Positions 1 to 12,658 of a DNA stretch of 64,000 nucleotides are shown here, piece after piece. A model generated the notes under the pieces. It was not told where the DNA came from. It searched no databases and saw nothing but the letters and a program-made list of their open reading frames with translations. How positions within the stretch are numbered: the first letter of the stretch is position 1; every line of letters starts with the position of its first letter. The translations under genes and the position numbers were made by a program. Source of the stretch: Enoplolaimus lenunculus (lineage: Eukaryota); contig JASANG010002365.1 in the NCBI GenBank assembly GCA_030248215.1, positions 372,001 through 436,000 on the forward strand, written 5' to 3'.

Positions 1-6
1 ACTCAC

Positions 7-448
7 TGGCCATATTGTTATAGTGAAATGATTTTGATTTAGACAACTTATAATCGGGATAGGATTCATAGGTATAATTCTGGTTACTATGAAACGAATT
101 TTGGTTAAAGTTATTAACGTGACCAGTGTGTCCATTCGAAATATTACTATGACTAGATGAGATACGCTTGTTTTCAAGAGTGCCGCTGTTGTTTGGCGTA
201 CCGTCAGACAGTATGCTTCCGCGACAAGACGAAGGCTTTGTTGAAGATATGTCCAAAATTGGAGCAGTAAATTCGAGCACATTTGACATGCGTTCAGAGC
301 CGTTTTGGTCTTTTAGTGATACTTTTGCTAAATAAATTTTTCCAGGTTTGAGTGAGTTTAGCTGCGTTTCGCGCACACCTTTGACTTCGTATTTTGACCA
401 CGTTTCGTGATTTGTTGCGTTTTTGCGTTTGTAATATATGGTGTAATT
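7..448 (-). CDS. Third coding exon: rest of the FN3 domain (NYTIYYKRK...LNSLKPGKIYLAKVSLKDQNGSERMSNVLEFTAP) plus a Ser/Asn-rich linker; gene continues beyond the window
   Basis: Pyrimidine-tract acceptor ending ttttag (450-449); 442 nt with no stop in phase 0; donor A|gtgagt at 6-1. Contains FN3 strand-C YxIxY and the LxPxxxY tyrosine-corner motif. Confidence 0.88.
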
Positions 449-552
449 CTAAAAAAAGGAATACGGATACGGTTCAGTTCAATTCAATTCGTCCTGAGGA
501 AATCGACCAACTTTTCTTTTTTGAAATCGGAGCTTTGCCTGTATAATTAAGA

Positions 553-775
553 GGGCCATGGAAAGAACAGGGCCGGATCGTTTTCCGGATGGGTTGTAAT
601 AGAGTAAGCTTAAGCTATAGACTAATTTTTTTGGCTTCGCTTAGGCTTAGGCTTAGGCTTAGGAATATGCTCATTCTTACGCTTAGGAATATGCTCATTC
701 TTACGCTTAGGCTTAGGCGTAGGCTTAGGAATATATGTTTATAGAACTGTTCCGCCCGAGTTCTTTACATTGGCC
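553..775. mobile_element. TTAGGC-array-carrying MITE, Merlin-like (GG termini, 8-bp TSD), in an FN3 gene intron
   Basis: TIRs GGGCCATGGAAAGAAC / GTTCTTTACATTGGCC; perfect TSD AATTAAGA (545-552, 776-783). Confidence 0.8.
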
Positions 776-1234
776 AATTAAGATACGTCCATATTTTGAG
801 TATCAATCAATAAGGAGTCTGTAATCCTAATTATAGCTGTCATGAAAATTTCTCTTTAAAAGACAAACAGATGGTCAGACGTTCAGATAGTGACCCGAAC
901 ACAGACAACACGCATATAAACTTTATTAAATTAAGAAAAAGATTAAGGGATATGGCGATCAGCATGAGTCCAATTGCAAATCAATAACAGTCCGTAACCG
1001 AATAACAGGCGTACTCTCTAGACAAGCAAAATAAATATCAGTCCCATCCACTTATTCGGATCACTACAGTATACCAATTAAAGTTTTGGCTATTTTTTGA
1101 AAGAAATCCAAATGCTCTTTTGTGATTTAAAAATTTACTTCAGTTTACAACAGAATCTTCAAATTATCTCATTGAAAGCGTTATTTTTCAGCTTTAAACT
1201 AAAAAAACAGCTAATATCAGTTTTGTATGCTTAC

Positions 1235-1335
1235 CCTGTTCACATCTTCATCGAGTATCGACGTGTCCCACGTTAGCTTTACTATTTGTTGCGATATGAC
1301 ACTGATACGGAGGTTGCACGGAACAGCACCAAGTT
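1235..1335 (-). CDS. Second coding exon: N-terminal part of a fibronectin type III domain (ELGAVPCNLRISVISQQIVKLTWDTSILDEDVNR)
   Basis: Acceptor ttttgtttatttcag and donor AGG|gtaagc; 101 nt, phase 1 to phase 0. Shows the FN3 hallmarks P-x-N-L and strand-B L-T-W. Confidence 0.88.
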
Positions 1336-1976
1336 CTGAAATAAACAAAATTACTAAAATCATTCAATAATGAAAAATGATACCATGACACTGGTTAATA
1401 TCAAATCTGCAGATGTCCAAAACTTTTCAATTGCTCCAAATCACTTTTAGCAATGTCGGCAGAAGCGTCCCTAACTTCCAATCAAAAGGCAGGCTCTTGG
1501 GAGGGCCCGTCTTTGCAAGCTGAGAAATTATTTCGCGGACCACAAAATAATTGAACTGTGAAGCAGTTTTTGGGGTCCTCTTCGGATCCGTTTAGGGGTG
1601 GCCGTCTATCTTGACGCCGGTCGTAGGTACAAGATGGAAATGAGTCTAGATAAATTTAAGCAAAATGTGTCGACTTTAGAATTTACTAGTCTGCCAGCTT
1701 TACGCAATGCGCAAACGTTAGCGAAAGCGCAAAAATTTCCTTGCAAATTTTCTTGTCATAAAACAATCACGTGTATTTCTTAAGAAATTATTCTAAATAA
1801 AGCAATACTGGAAAGGTGCCCAAAATACGTATGTGGAGCGTTCCAGCTTTAATATATAGGTTACCAATTATTCGTCTTGAATGTGAAGAGTCAGTGGCCA
1901 CCCAAAACAGTGACCGTTGCAAAGCAACGGATATTTTCGTATTAAACTGCAGTTTGAATTTAAACTGGACACTTAC

Positions 1977-2535
1977 CGTGTAATTCGGACACTTTGCCGC
2001 CATACGACAACAGCAATTTTCCGCTCGAAGGCACAAATAAAAGGCGCGCCGGTCTGGCTTTCAAACCTTTTGATGTTCCGCAACTGCTGCGATGCGTTGA
2101 ATTATTGACTCCATCGTCGGTGTTCAAAGGTACCGAACAACTTTTCGGCATATTTCGTTCAGTATTCGAAGTATGTTCTGCGACAGAATTCCTCCTTTGA
2201 TGTGAACATTTCGGCAGATGTTTTTGATCGTTCCAACCGTTGTGACTGCAAGATTCGCTGTTTGCGACTGCAGCTATGGGTGGCCTTCGAAATCGGTACC
2301 CACTCACACCTCGACGTTGAGCATTCGAGGTCGCGGTTGTGGATGAACATTGATGTTCAGAATCAGCGTTACTGTATTGTGGCGAGTTACCATCCACGCT
2401 ATAGCTGCTACTATCGTCATCTTCATCGTTTTCACTTGAACAACTGCTACTACTATTTGTTCCGGCCGGATTGTGATTATGCCGCCGGCTACGACGGTCT
2501 CCAGCAATACTTTGATGGCTGTTGGAGCCGCCCAT
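1977..2535 (-). CDS. First coding exon of an FN3-domain protein (MGGSNSHQ..., Ser/Asp/Asn-rich low-complexity N-terminus)
   Basis: ATG at 2535 is directly preceded by an in-frame TAA. A splice acceptor (ttctttgtttattag) lies 68 nt upstream at 2605-2604. The exon ends CAC G|gtaagt (donor 1976-1971); 559 nt, phase 1, joining the next exon in frame. Confidence 0.8.
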
Positions 2536-3993
2536 TTAGCAGTCGATAACTGGCTCGAAGTTAGCTACCGAAATTTCGCGGTTTAAGCGAAACGATGTTG
2601 AAGCTAATAAACAAAGAAATTATTTATTTAGTAACAGCGTTAAGCGCTGTTTAATGTATCGGTACTTCTTAAAATATGCAAGTTATTTTGAGAATAATGC
2701 GTATAGATAGTGTATGACTGATATTGAAATGCACATGGTAAGCTCTATATCAAATTATTCAAGCTGAACGTTATAAAGCGCGTAGGCTGAGTATCTTAGC
2801 CAAATTTCATAGGGTAAAGTTTACTGGCGTTCGTAGCTTCATTTTATCCAGTTATTTACTATAGGCACCCATCAACAAGTGTCTAAATTCTCCACCCAAT
2901 ATTGCTCAGCCTTTATTGCAGGCACTCATAAATATTGCACAGTTGTGCACACTGTGCATGCAAATTTAATTGGGGTTTTGAAAGCTAAAATTGCAAAAAA
3001 AAGATTTTGCAAACAAGGAAATCTTATTATAAAACATTTTGCAAAATATAAACTTAGTTCTTAAAATAGTGAACTTGTAACTTAGAAATTGGCCTGTTTA
3101 TTAGCGTCGTCTTATTGTACTGTCAACTATTCTAATTTTAACATTTGTATAGTTTGTTTTGACCATTTTTTAGGCTTTCGACCTTTAGACTTGATTAGCT
3201 TTATTCTGTTCGGGTTTTAATTTAAATTTCTGGTCAAGTTGGTTGAACGTGTATTCCGATTGGCCAAATTATCAGGTTACAATTAGTAAAAATTTGAGCA
3301 ACTGTAAGCAGAAACTTTTGAAACGGAATACCACAGCCTCTGCTAGAAAATTTTGAATAGCAGGCAAATTTAAAATAGTCGTACGAATTAAAATTTAAAA
3401 TCCCAGTACTGTGAAATTGACATAACATTTAAACACCAATCAGACGCTGTTTGCAGTCTTGAATAGTTTTTTTAGGTTCCCTGACCAACAATTTGCGTTT
3501 TTGACGTCCCAGTTGCGGTGAGGGACAAACTGATTTTTTGAGACACACGCAATAAATTTGGAACTTGTCTTAAGGATTATTTAGCTTGCTCTTTCCTGTG
3601 CTGTATTACATGACGCTCTCTCTATATATATTGGCCTCTCCAGAGGGTACCCCCCTTGTTATTCGGTTACGGGCTGTTATTTATTTTTAACCCACGCTCC
3701 GCCGCCCTTCGTTACTGATACATATCTCGTACTGCAACGCTTTGTGAAAATGTTCAATATTTGAAAATAATCCATGAGTTCATCGGTTTTGTAGCAGCCA
3801 AATCCGGATAAGTCAACAAGATATGGCTGTTGCAGATTGGTTAGTGTCATTTAGAAAAACAAACCGCTGTTTGAACCTGACAAACCAGATTGTTTTGTTA
3901 TAAAATATATTTACTCAATTTGGTCGTAAAAGCCTTTTAGATTAATGAAATTTTATACAAAGGTGATCCCAAACCCTGTGGTATACAATGATG

Positions 3994-4134
3994 GGCCAAT
4001 GTTACTTTTAGGGGTGTTAAACGTATTCCTAAGCCTTAGCTTAAGCCTAAGCAAAAAACATGTAATCGAGAATCTAAACCTACTCTTTTATGGACCCACC
4101 AGAAACCTGGACGCCCCGCAAAGTAACATGAGCC
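3994..4134. mobile_element. Short TTAGGC MITE (GGCCAATGTTAC subfamily)
   Basis: TIRs GGCCAATGTTACTTT / AAAGTAACATGAGCC; degenerate TSD CAATGATG/GAATGAAG. Confidence 0.65.
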
Positions 4135-5759
4135 GAATGAAGTGTCAAATGGTGGCCAATCTGGCAAATTGAGTCATAATATAAGTTGTAATGGGTTGGT
4201 TGAAGTGTATATACTCATGGTTCAGAAATAGGAAAGTAAATTTCAATTTCGGAGAGTATAGTACAAAGCTCATTTTGCTAGGAGGGCTAGGAATTTTTTC
4301 GGAGGGAACATACGAAGGATTTCGATGACTAACAAGCAAGCAAGGTTGATACCGATTTGTGAAACGTAACTACAATGTAGATTCCATTCATTTGATTTAA
4401 TTCAGAATGAGTTGAATCACTCAGTCGGACTTATGACTATCAGAACTTAGAATATTGCAGTTGATTCAACTTATTCTGATTTCATTAATTTACTCGCTTG
4501 AAATGTTTTCAACTCAAAGAGAATCAAAATAATTCAAAGTATAAGTTGAAGTTTGCTGTTATTTACTCACAAACCAACTTTTCGTTCGAGTTGATTAATA
4601 AACTCATTGAAATTTACAGTGTTTGTGTTTCGAATGTTCCAAAAATTATATTATTATGTTTAAAATATAGTTCGTAGAATATGGGACTATTTCATTACTT
4701 TATAAATTATCTTGAGTTATGTGTCAACTGCTTGCAGTGGCGGATGCTAAAATTTCTGACGGGGGAGAGACATAACAGTTTTTACAAAAAAATTTTTTAA
4801 ACTGAGCGTTCGTCCCCCCCCTCTGAATCCGGTAGTGTCTGCTTGCGTTTCGCTTTACTTAACGATAACCGCTGAGCCTCAGCCGATGTGGTTTGTTTTC
4901 GTTAGCACTTAAGCGTTCCGCAGCATTAATATTTGAAGCTATATATGTATAATTAAAGCTGGAATGACACACATGCGTATTTCGGGCAACTTGCCAACAT
5001 CACTTTGTTATCGATAATTTCTTCGGAGATACAAGTAAACTGTTCCATAAAAAGAAAATTTGCACAGAGATTTTTGTACACTCGCTACCAATTTTGCCCA
5101 CGCCGCAAAGTGAAACATACCAGTATACTTAACAAATAATTGTTCACTCTGCAAGAAATAGATAAATGATAATCGAAGAATATGCCGAACAATGGATTCG
5201 CTATAGAATACCGAACGTAAGTTTAGTTTCAGTATAAACTGATTTAGATTGCAAATACTTGTGTATTTTAAGTAAAAGCAAAGTTGTACATTGCTTAAAA
5301 CATTTATTAATGTTTTTAAATTGTAAATCTTGTGCGAAAAATATATACTACAGCTACATGCAATCAAGAATAGTAAATGTATGATTATAAACCAAAATTT
5401 ACACCCTGAACCAGCTGAATTTATTTTGTTGGTTAACAAATTTTGCCAAAATTTCAATACTTTAATATCGTTGATTTTATTTGGTTCTTAGAAAAATCAG
5501 TGTGAATTTATTGCTAAATAAAGACAACTCTTAAATGTAAGTAAGCTTCCTACCCTGGATTGATTCAACTTATAATTTAGTGACCTGAATAAGAGGGAAT
5601 GCATAAAAGAGTCCACTGTCTTTTCACAGGAGTCTGAATCAATAGGAGTGGTACTCTCTTCAGAGGCGAAATAAATATCTTCCACCTTCTGTTATTTGGA
5701 TCACTACAGTACACCAAGCATTTATTATTGGTTTAATATGCAAATGAGATAAGGCTTAT

Positions 5760-5944
5760 GGCCCGTGTTAATACTTTGCGAAAAGTACCGTTTTCTAACG
5801 GGATTCCAGCACAGTAAGCTTCAGATTTAAACCAATTTTTTGTTGAGGCTTAGGCTTAGGCTTAGGTATAGTCTTTCCTTACGTCGATGCTTCAGCTTAG
5901 GAACATGCTTATACTACTGTTAAGCCATTTGTTGTAACATTACC
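5760..5944. mobile_element. TTAGGC MITE
   Basis: Perfect 8-bp TSD AGGCTTAT (5752-5759, 5945-5952); internal TTAGGC units. Confidence 0.7.
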
Positions 5945-5966
5945 AGGCTTATTATAACCAAAAGTG

Positions 5967-6259
5967 GGCCCATGTTACCTTAAGGGGCGTAAAAGTTTCT
6001 GGTAGGTATATAAAAGAGTGGGTTTAGATTCTAGATTACAAATTTTTGCTTAGGCTTAGGCTTAGGCTTAGGCTTACGCTTAGGCTTAGGCTTAGGCTTA
6101 GGCTTAGGCTTAGGCTTAGGCTTAGGCTTAGGCTTAGGCTTAGGCTTAGGCTTAGGCTTAGGCTTAGGCTTAGGCTTAGGAACACATTTTTGCAACCCTT
6201 AGGCTTAGGCTTAGGAATACGCTTATTTTACTGTTACGCCCCTAAATGCAACATAGGCC
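5967..6259. mobile_element. TTAGGC MITE with a ~22-unit (TTAGGC)n array
   Basis: TIRs GGCCCATGTTAC / GCAACATAGGCC; perfect TSD CAAAAGTG (5959-5966, 6260-6267). Confidence 0.85.
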
Positions 6260-7180
6260 CAAAAGTGTATGATTCTATAGACAAGAGTATGCAGTACACA
6301 TTGTATCGCATAGCGCTAAATGTACCAGCACGCGTTGTGGTTTTGAACTTGCAGCGCATTTTTTTACTAATATTCCCATTGCATACTCTTGACCAAGACT
6401 ACATGCCCGTAGCCAGCTCAAGCTTGCTAGGGGTCTAAAAGATTTTCAGGAGACAGGCATTTAAGGGTTATGACTTGCGAGCAAAGTTGAAAATTTTCTA
6501 GAGGGAAACTTTTCCGGAGGTAGGAGGGGCTGAGCCCCCGTGCCCCCCCCCTATGACAACACAAGCCCGCAAGAGTTTTGATCAACTTTTACTATCCCTA
6601 ATTGTCCCGCTAGCATTAAAATACCGTCAGATATTTTGTCATATTTTTTGCAATCGCCATCGACTGTTGAATTTATATTTTCATTTGAATGAATTTGTTA
6701 AATTTTAAAACTGACAGGCAAATAATCTTCGGGGTATTTTTTTCGTGTCGGCTTCCTTTTTTTTGCGATTGAAGCAATAAAAACGATGAAATTTTAAGAA
6801 ATTTTATATTTCAAATTAAATTTCAAATTAAATGTTTAAAATATGAAATATTAAAGTATTGCAAAATGTTATTGTTGTGAAATGAAACATTATTTTTTAC
6901 GTAACTTTTTTATGATATTTCTAGCGATATGCAATGTGGGATACTGCACAATAAATACCAAACAGAGCGTGTATTAGTCTGAGGGTGGCGTTATATTTGT
7001 CGTGTTGCGTCGTCCGTCGCCGTCTATTGCCATATGGTATCCGACGTGAGAATAATTCACGTACGATACCGGGCGGTGACGTACAGTGACGTACGTTGAC
7101 GGACGTCGCTGGACGACGCCGGACGATGATGGACAGCGCGGAACGTAATCGAAAGTATCACACCACCCAGATACGAACTA

Positions 7181-7621
7181 CCGTAGTTACCCGAATCAGA
7201 GGGGAGTAATAAGAGGGGTCTTCATTTTGACTCCCAATCAATAGAAGTCCGTATCCCTAATAGTCCGTAAGCGGATAGAGCCCGAAACCCTGATGAGAGT
7301 TCATAAATGTCAACTATTCCTAATTGTAGCGCATCAATGACTAGAGAACCAAATAAACTTGAGTTCGAAGCTTCAAAGCGTACTTAAGTTTGAAACTAAC
7401 ATTTCAAAGTATATATACCTTGTATTATCGCTCAAGTTTTTGATACAAGGCAAATAACGTTTAATTCAACGGATAGTTGCAATACCGGATATATATCAGT
7501 AAGGAACGGTGGCGTAGGGCTGGTTGGAAACAAATAACAGTCGGTAACCGAATAACAGAGAGATACCCTCTGGAGAGGCCAAATAACTATCAGTCTCTCC
7601 CTCTTATTCGGGTCACAACAG
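7181..7621. mobile_element. ~440-bp MITE family A (TIR CTGTAGTGACCCGAATAAGAG, TA TSD; Tc1/mariner-superfamily-like)
   Basis: TA-flanked TIRs. Full or partial copies at ~800-1070, 3625-3740, 12659-13790, 18030-18369, 25717-26116, 47093-47460, 49364-49813, 62307-62753. Confidence 0.8.
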
Positions 7622-8850
7622 TATTAAGGATGAATTCGAATTATTTCAACTTGACCAAAGCCGACGAGGTGTTGAACGTAAGTCAAGTTCAATCGTTTTT
7701 CGCGGAAAACATGCAAATGCTATTTGCAGCTGCAAGTTCACGCATCAGAACCGTGCACGCGTTTTACTTAATTACTTAAACGGCATTATTTATATTCTTT
7801 AATTTTATACTACGAAATGTTCGCTTATGCCCCAAAATCATTTAAAATTGCAATAGCAAAAATTTGTTCCTAAACTTGCAAAATGCCGGTTTGAAACTTC
7901 AAAATATTTTCGCAAAACAACTGGGTTTATTACATGCTGGCGATTATAATATGTCTAAGACGCAATAGTTTATTAAGCAAATAACCATAATATTGCGTGA
8001 ACAACAAACCGAATCATGTTTTTTTTTCACAGAAAAACAACGGACAAACAGCGATTTGAGAAAAACCTGTAACCAGCAAAATTGTTCGTCGAACAAAATG
8101 GGTTTTAAGCATGAAAGTTAGTCTAACAAAGAGTTCTTATTAATTCCATACGGCTATGACCGGGTAGCGGTGAAAATGTTCCTCACAAACGAGGGACGCC
8201 TGTTGTCTCCCCACGTTGTATAGTTTTGGTTTTGAACTTGAAAGAAATGAAAAACACCACTGATGCTACTGCTACTACTAGTGAAACTGGCTTGTATATT
8301 TGCTTTTGAACCTCATTAATAATGAATGTATAACACGGACGAACAGAATGCTAACGGCACGCAATATTCAGCTTAAATTTATTTGCTGGATATTTCGCTA
8401 AACAAACGCGACCTGTATTCAAATACTATTAAATTTGTTTTGCAACTGTGGGTTTGATTAAAATTTAACCACAAAATGAACCAAATATTTTTCTCTAATC
8501 TGGCAAATATTCCCTGATTTGAGTGAAACGAATTTCGTTTTGTTGAATTCTTCTAAAACGCACGGCTGGAGCAGCCACCCCCGCAAACGCTACATTTAGG
8601 AACCCACCGTTAAGAAAGGTCCCCGCCCTAACACGATTTTAGATAAAAAGTTTGAAAAATATTTTGATCATCACGAGGGGTTTCACTCCGGAATTTAGCG
8701 GGTCGTCTACCCTTGTCCGCTTCGACACTACTATGGCACTGAACCATATTGTAAGTTCAATGCTGAATTAAAAGATGCACGATATATGCCTCATGTTATT
8801 TAATAGTGGGCTCGAATCTTTACTCCTGAGAATACACACAAAGACAAAAC

Positions 8851-9234
8851 AAACACTTCAGAGCCGGATGTAACCGGATATCCGTTTCCGTTTCCGTTAA
8901 ACACTTCAGAGCCGGATGTAACCGGATATCCGTTTCCGTTTCCGTTAAACACTTCAGAGCCGGATGTAACCGGATATCCGTTTCCGTTTCCGTTAAACAC
9001 TTCAGAGCCGGATGTAACCGGATATCCGTTTCCGTTTCCGTTAAACACTTCAGAGCCGGATGTAACCGGATATCCGTTTCCGTTTCCGTTAAACACTTCA
9101 GAGCCGGATGTAACCGGATATCCGTTTCCGTTTCCGTTAAACAGTTCAGAGCCGGATGTAACCGGATATCCGTTTCCGTTTCCGTTAAACACTTCAGAAC
9201 CGGATGTAACCGGATATCCGTTTCCGTTTCCGTT
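8851..9234. repeat. 48-bp minisatellite x8 (AAACACTTCAGAGCCGGATGTAACCGGATATCCGTTTCCGTTTCCGTT)
   Basis: Eight head-to-tail, near-identical units. Confidence 0.95.
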
Positions 9235-9636
9235 ATTTTTACTATTCGTTTACATCCTGATTCAGAGACTTCGCCAGTCGACAACTCGTTACTGTCTCAA
9301 AACTAATGTCTCTAGAGCCTTGCTCTCATACTAGTAACTTTAGCTACGTTTCAACCACAGTTATGCAAATAGTTTAGGCAATTTACATATGTGGCGTCGA
9401 AGCTAATCTTCTTAGCTGGTTAATTACTGTAACGGGTCATCCACGTTATAATGTTTACGCTGATGTAAACAATTTACCCCCTTTTCGGAGCCGCACCTCT
9501 GTTAATACAGACTTTGTGAGCGCGATGTTTGCTTTGTATTCAAATCATTTGAGGACCACAAAGACAAACTAAATTTCGTAAAAAGGCATTTTCATTTGTC
9601 ACAACACTCACTTTAAAATGTTGAGGGTATGGGAGC

Positions 9637-9945
9637 TTTAGTTGAAATTACAGTATGAGTCTTGAAGAATCTAACGGAATTCAGTTGAGTTCAACTTACA
9701 AAATTGAATGGCTGTTGAAATCTGCTAACTATTTGAGTGTCGTTAAAATGTGAATATATATTGAAGATCTCATGAATTTTTTCAGTTGGAAACTTTAGTT
9801 GAAACTAAAGCATGAGCTTTGAGGAATGTAACGGAATTCAGTTGAGTTCAATCTACAAAATTGAATGGCTGTTGAAATCTGCTAACTATTTGAGTCTCGT
9901 TGAAATGTGAATAATGGTGAAAATCTTGTGAACTTTTTCGGTTAG
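9637..9945. repeat. Tandem duplication with a period of ~157 bp
   Basis: GGAATTCAGTTGAGTTCAA...AATTGAATGGCTGTTGAAATCTGCTAACTATTTGAGT occurs at 9676 and 9833. Confidence 0.85.
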
Positions 9946-12658
9946 GATGCTGCAATAATACCCTGACAATGAACCTGTTTTTAGAATTGTTTACTTTGAT
10001 CAGTCTTTCAAATTTATCAAACTTAATCCGGTAAATTAAACGCTAAATTGATATTAAAAATTTTCTTACTTTAACCTAGCATAATTAATTAAAATAACTT
10101 TATTTGAGTGACAAAAATACAATAAGCTTTGCTATTATAGATTACACTTAGCATCAAATGGTACAAAATTTGCATATAAATATAGCATCCGTTCTTTTGC
10201 TTGTATATGAAAATATATACGACTTGAAATTGATACTAAAATCCAAACTTCGTATTACATTATGCACCAGAACGACACGCTACCCGTGGGTACCCGTGGT
10301 AAAACGCGGACGATAAGAAAATATTGACGCGAGTATACCAGCAGGTAAGGAATTTCAAAGCGCGGGTAAAAATTTTGGTAATTCTATACCCGCTTGAAAT
10401 TTTTATAGACAACTTGAAACCAGATAATGGGAAAAACTTGACTTTTTAAACGGTTTTTACAGTATGAGTGAAAAATAAGTAGCGAGTAAATCATCTATAC
10501 ACTGCAAAATTACACATTGTATTTGACGCAGAAGATAAAATAAGGGCAAGTAAAGGCGGGTAAGGTTAAAGGTATTTTGCTCCGGTAAAGAAATTTTATC
10601 TCCGCGGGTAAAGCGCAGCCCAGGTAAAAAATTCACCCACATACACCTCTGTTTTGAACACAAAAAATTGTACAGTTTAATCCACAATGGCTAGGGTTCT
10701 GAAATTTTACCTATGTGCTTAAAGGATAACAGAAAATAGCCAAAAGTTCAATTTTAGTAAATACTTTAGTAAAATTTCAGGAACTCAGCAATTGTAATAT
10801 GGATTTAATATTTTCTCAAAATCAATAGCATTTTTATATTTTATGGAAATATATTTAATCTAAACAGAAATTCAAGTAAAAGCCGTATATCGCGTTCTAA
10901 TCGATAGAAGTGCCTGCAAGAGCGTCAAATGTCAAAGTCAAACCAATAAATTAAAAATTGAAAAATTTGTTTCAAAGTTTTATTCCAAAAATTGCCTCAA
11001 ATTACGGATTTTTGGTTTGAAAACAACAAAATAACTGCCGTAGGTAATATCGATACTTGTAAATATTTGGCAAAAAATTTAATTTAACATTCACAAAAAT
11101 ACACTAATAAAAGTCAATGTGGCACGGTTTCTAAACATTTTCAATGATAAATTTGACACAAATTCTTAATTTAGTATTAAAACCAAAAGTGCATGATACA
11201 AGAGAGTGCAAATCTTTGGGTTCCGCATGATACAAAATATACCACCGGGTGTTGCGTTTTTGACTGACCCCCTTAATTAGGAGGTAGGCACCGCTTGATA
11301 ACGTACCATATGGATGGGTTTTAAAAGTATAAGAAGAGCAACGTTGGAACTTTGGAATATTTTAACATGGTAAATTAAGAGAATAGGTAACCTTGACCAT
11401 TCCCCTAAACGAAGGGAGTGTGAACCAAAAACGCAACATGCGCTTGGTAGATTCATTTATATACAAATATACCCAGTTGCATACTCTTGTAAAAGAGTCG
11501 TTATCGACTCTTGATGAAACTGATAAAAAATAGAAAACCATATTTGCAAGTTTGGCACAGACTTAAATTTGAATTTAAGAGTTAAGCATTGACCTATACC
11601 CAGTTTTCGAAAATTGCCTAAAGTTATATTGTGACGCCTTTTAAAGTAACATTGGCCAAAAAATTCAAATACAACTCGTATTGATGAACGTCGAATTGTG
11701 TCCTGGTAGAAAAAGTGTCTGTAATTAGCAAACCAGTAGGCATTTCTGGTTCTATTATTCGCTGTCTGTAGTGAACGTCTCGAACATAAATAAGCGGGCT
11801 AAAAATATTTGCCTAAACCAAAACTAAACGCATTGATGCGAATAGGACGACTATTGAACCAAATTAGAATTGGTTTAGAAGCTAAGATTGTTTTGAAACT
11901 CCGGTTAGCGAACCGTACCGTTTGTTCCAAAACGGATCCTGTTTATTTCGGTTGAGATTTAATATTGGCTAATGTTTCGAAAGGTACAATCATAATATCA
12001 CTGGCCTAAAATTTTGTCTAATTTTGAATACGCGAATATTCGTTAAATTAATTCAAGTCTACGCCCTCACACGACGAGGCCCTGTAGACGAAACTTATCT
12101 GGCCACTGTTAGTAAGCATATTTAAACCGAACCTGTATTGCAAAAAATGGTGAGTCAAATTGAGTCTCTCAGAACTGGGCTTTTCCGGACTGCACAAACT
12201 GAGTCCAAAATTCAACTCCGCCAGAGTCAAATTCGACTCAGTGAGCGACTCAATTGAGTCGAATTTGACTCAGGATGTGTAGTCTGGAAAAGCATATTTC
12301 GAAAAGAGTCAATTTGACTCACCATTTTTTGCAGGTTGGGCAGCTGCGGTTGCGAATGTTTAAGCAGCAGTGCAGACAAAACAAGTTAACGAAAACAAGC
12401 TGAACCTCAAAAATTAACCATTTTCCTACTGAAAGGATACAAATCAGGTAACATCCAAATCTCTCCTAAATTCACATTTGTCCATAATTAATATTATCGC
12501 TAAACGCCGTAAACAACAAATCAATAGGGTTTTCTTACCCTAAACATCCACTGAGATTTATCATTAAGCCTATGGTTTCGTATTTTGAGACAAGAAAAAC
12601 TGTTGAAAAATTCATTTCAAAATCTGGCTAGCAGTATTTTTATTCTAAATAACAACTA

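Noticed and set aside
1977..2070. FGF-like beta-trefoil start (RPARLLFVPSSGKLLL...)
   Set aside because: The downstream exons give clear FN3 motifs (LTW, YxIxY, LxPGxxY) and no FGF core.
2202..2549. Plus-strand 115-aa ORF
   Set aside because: Antisense shadow of the FN3 gene's first coding exon.
5008..5457. 149-aa ORF
   Set aside because: Non-ATG start, F/L/I/K-rich composition typical of random AT-rich frames, no motif.
6048..6180. True telomere or chromosome-fusion relic; evidence that the organism is a nematode
   Set aside because: The arrays are short, occur in both orientations and are enclosed by TIRs and TSDs, so they do not mark chromosome ends or fix the taxon.
6046..6438. Poly-(LR), poly-(LS) and poly-(PK) ORFs here and at ~15.0, 19.2, 27.8, 34.4 and 41.5 kb
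   Set aside because: They are translations of (TTAGGC)n arrays inside MITEs.
8800..9284. Repetitive proteins (NGNGNGYPVTSGSEVF)n and (TETETDIRLHPALKCL)n
   Set aside because: Open frames result from a 48-bp tandem repeat derived from a TE junction; no credible start codon or splice context.
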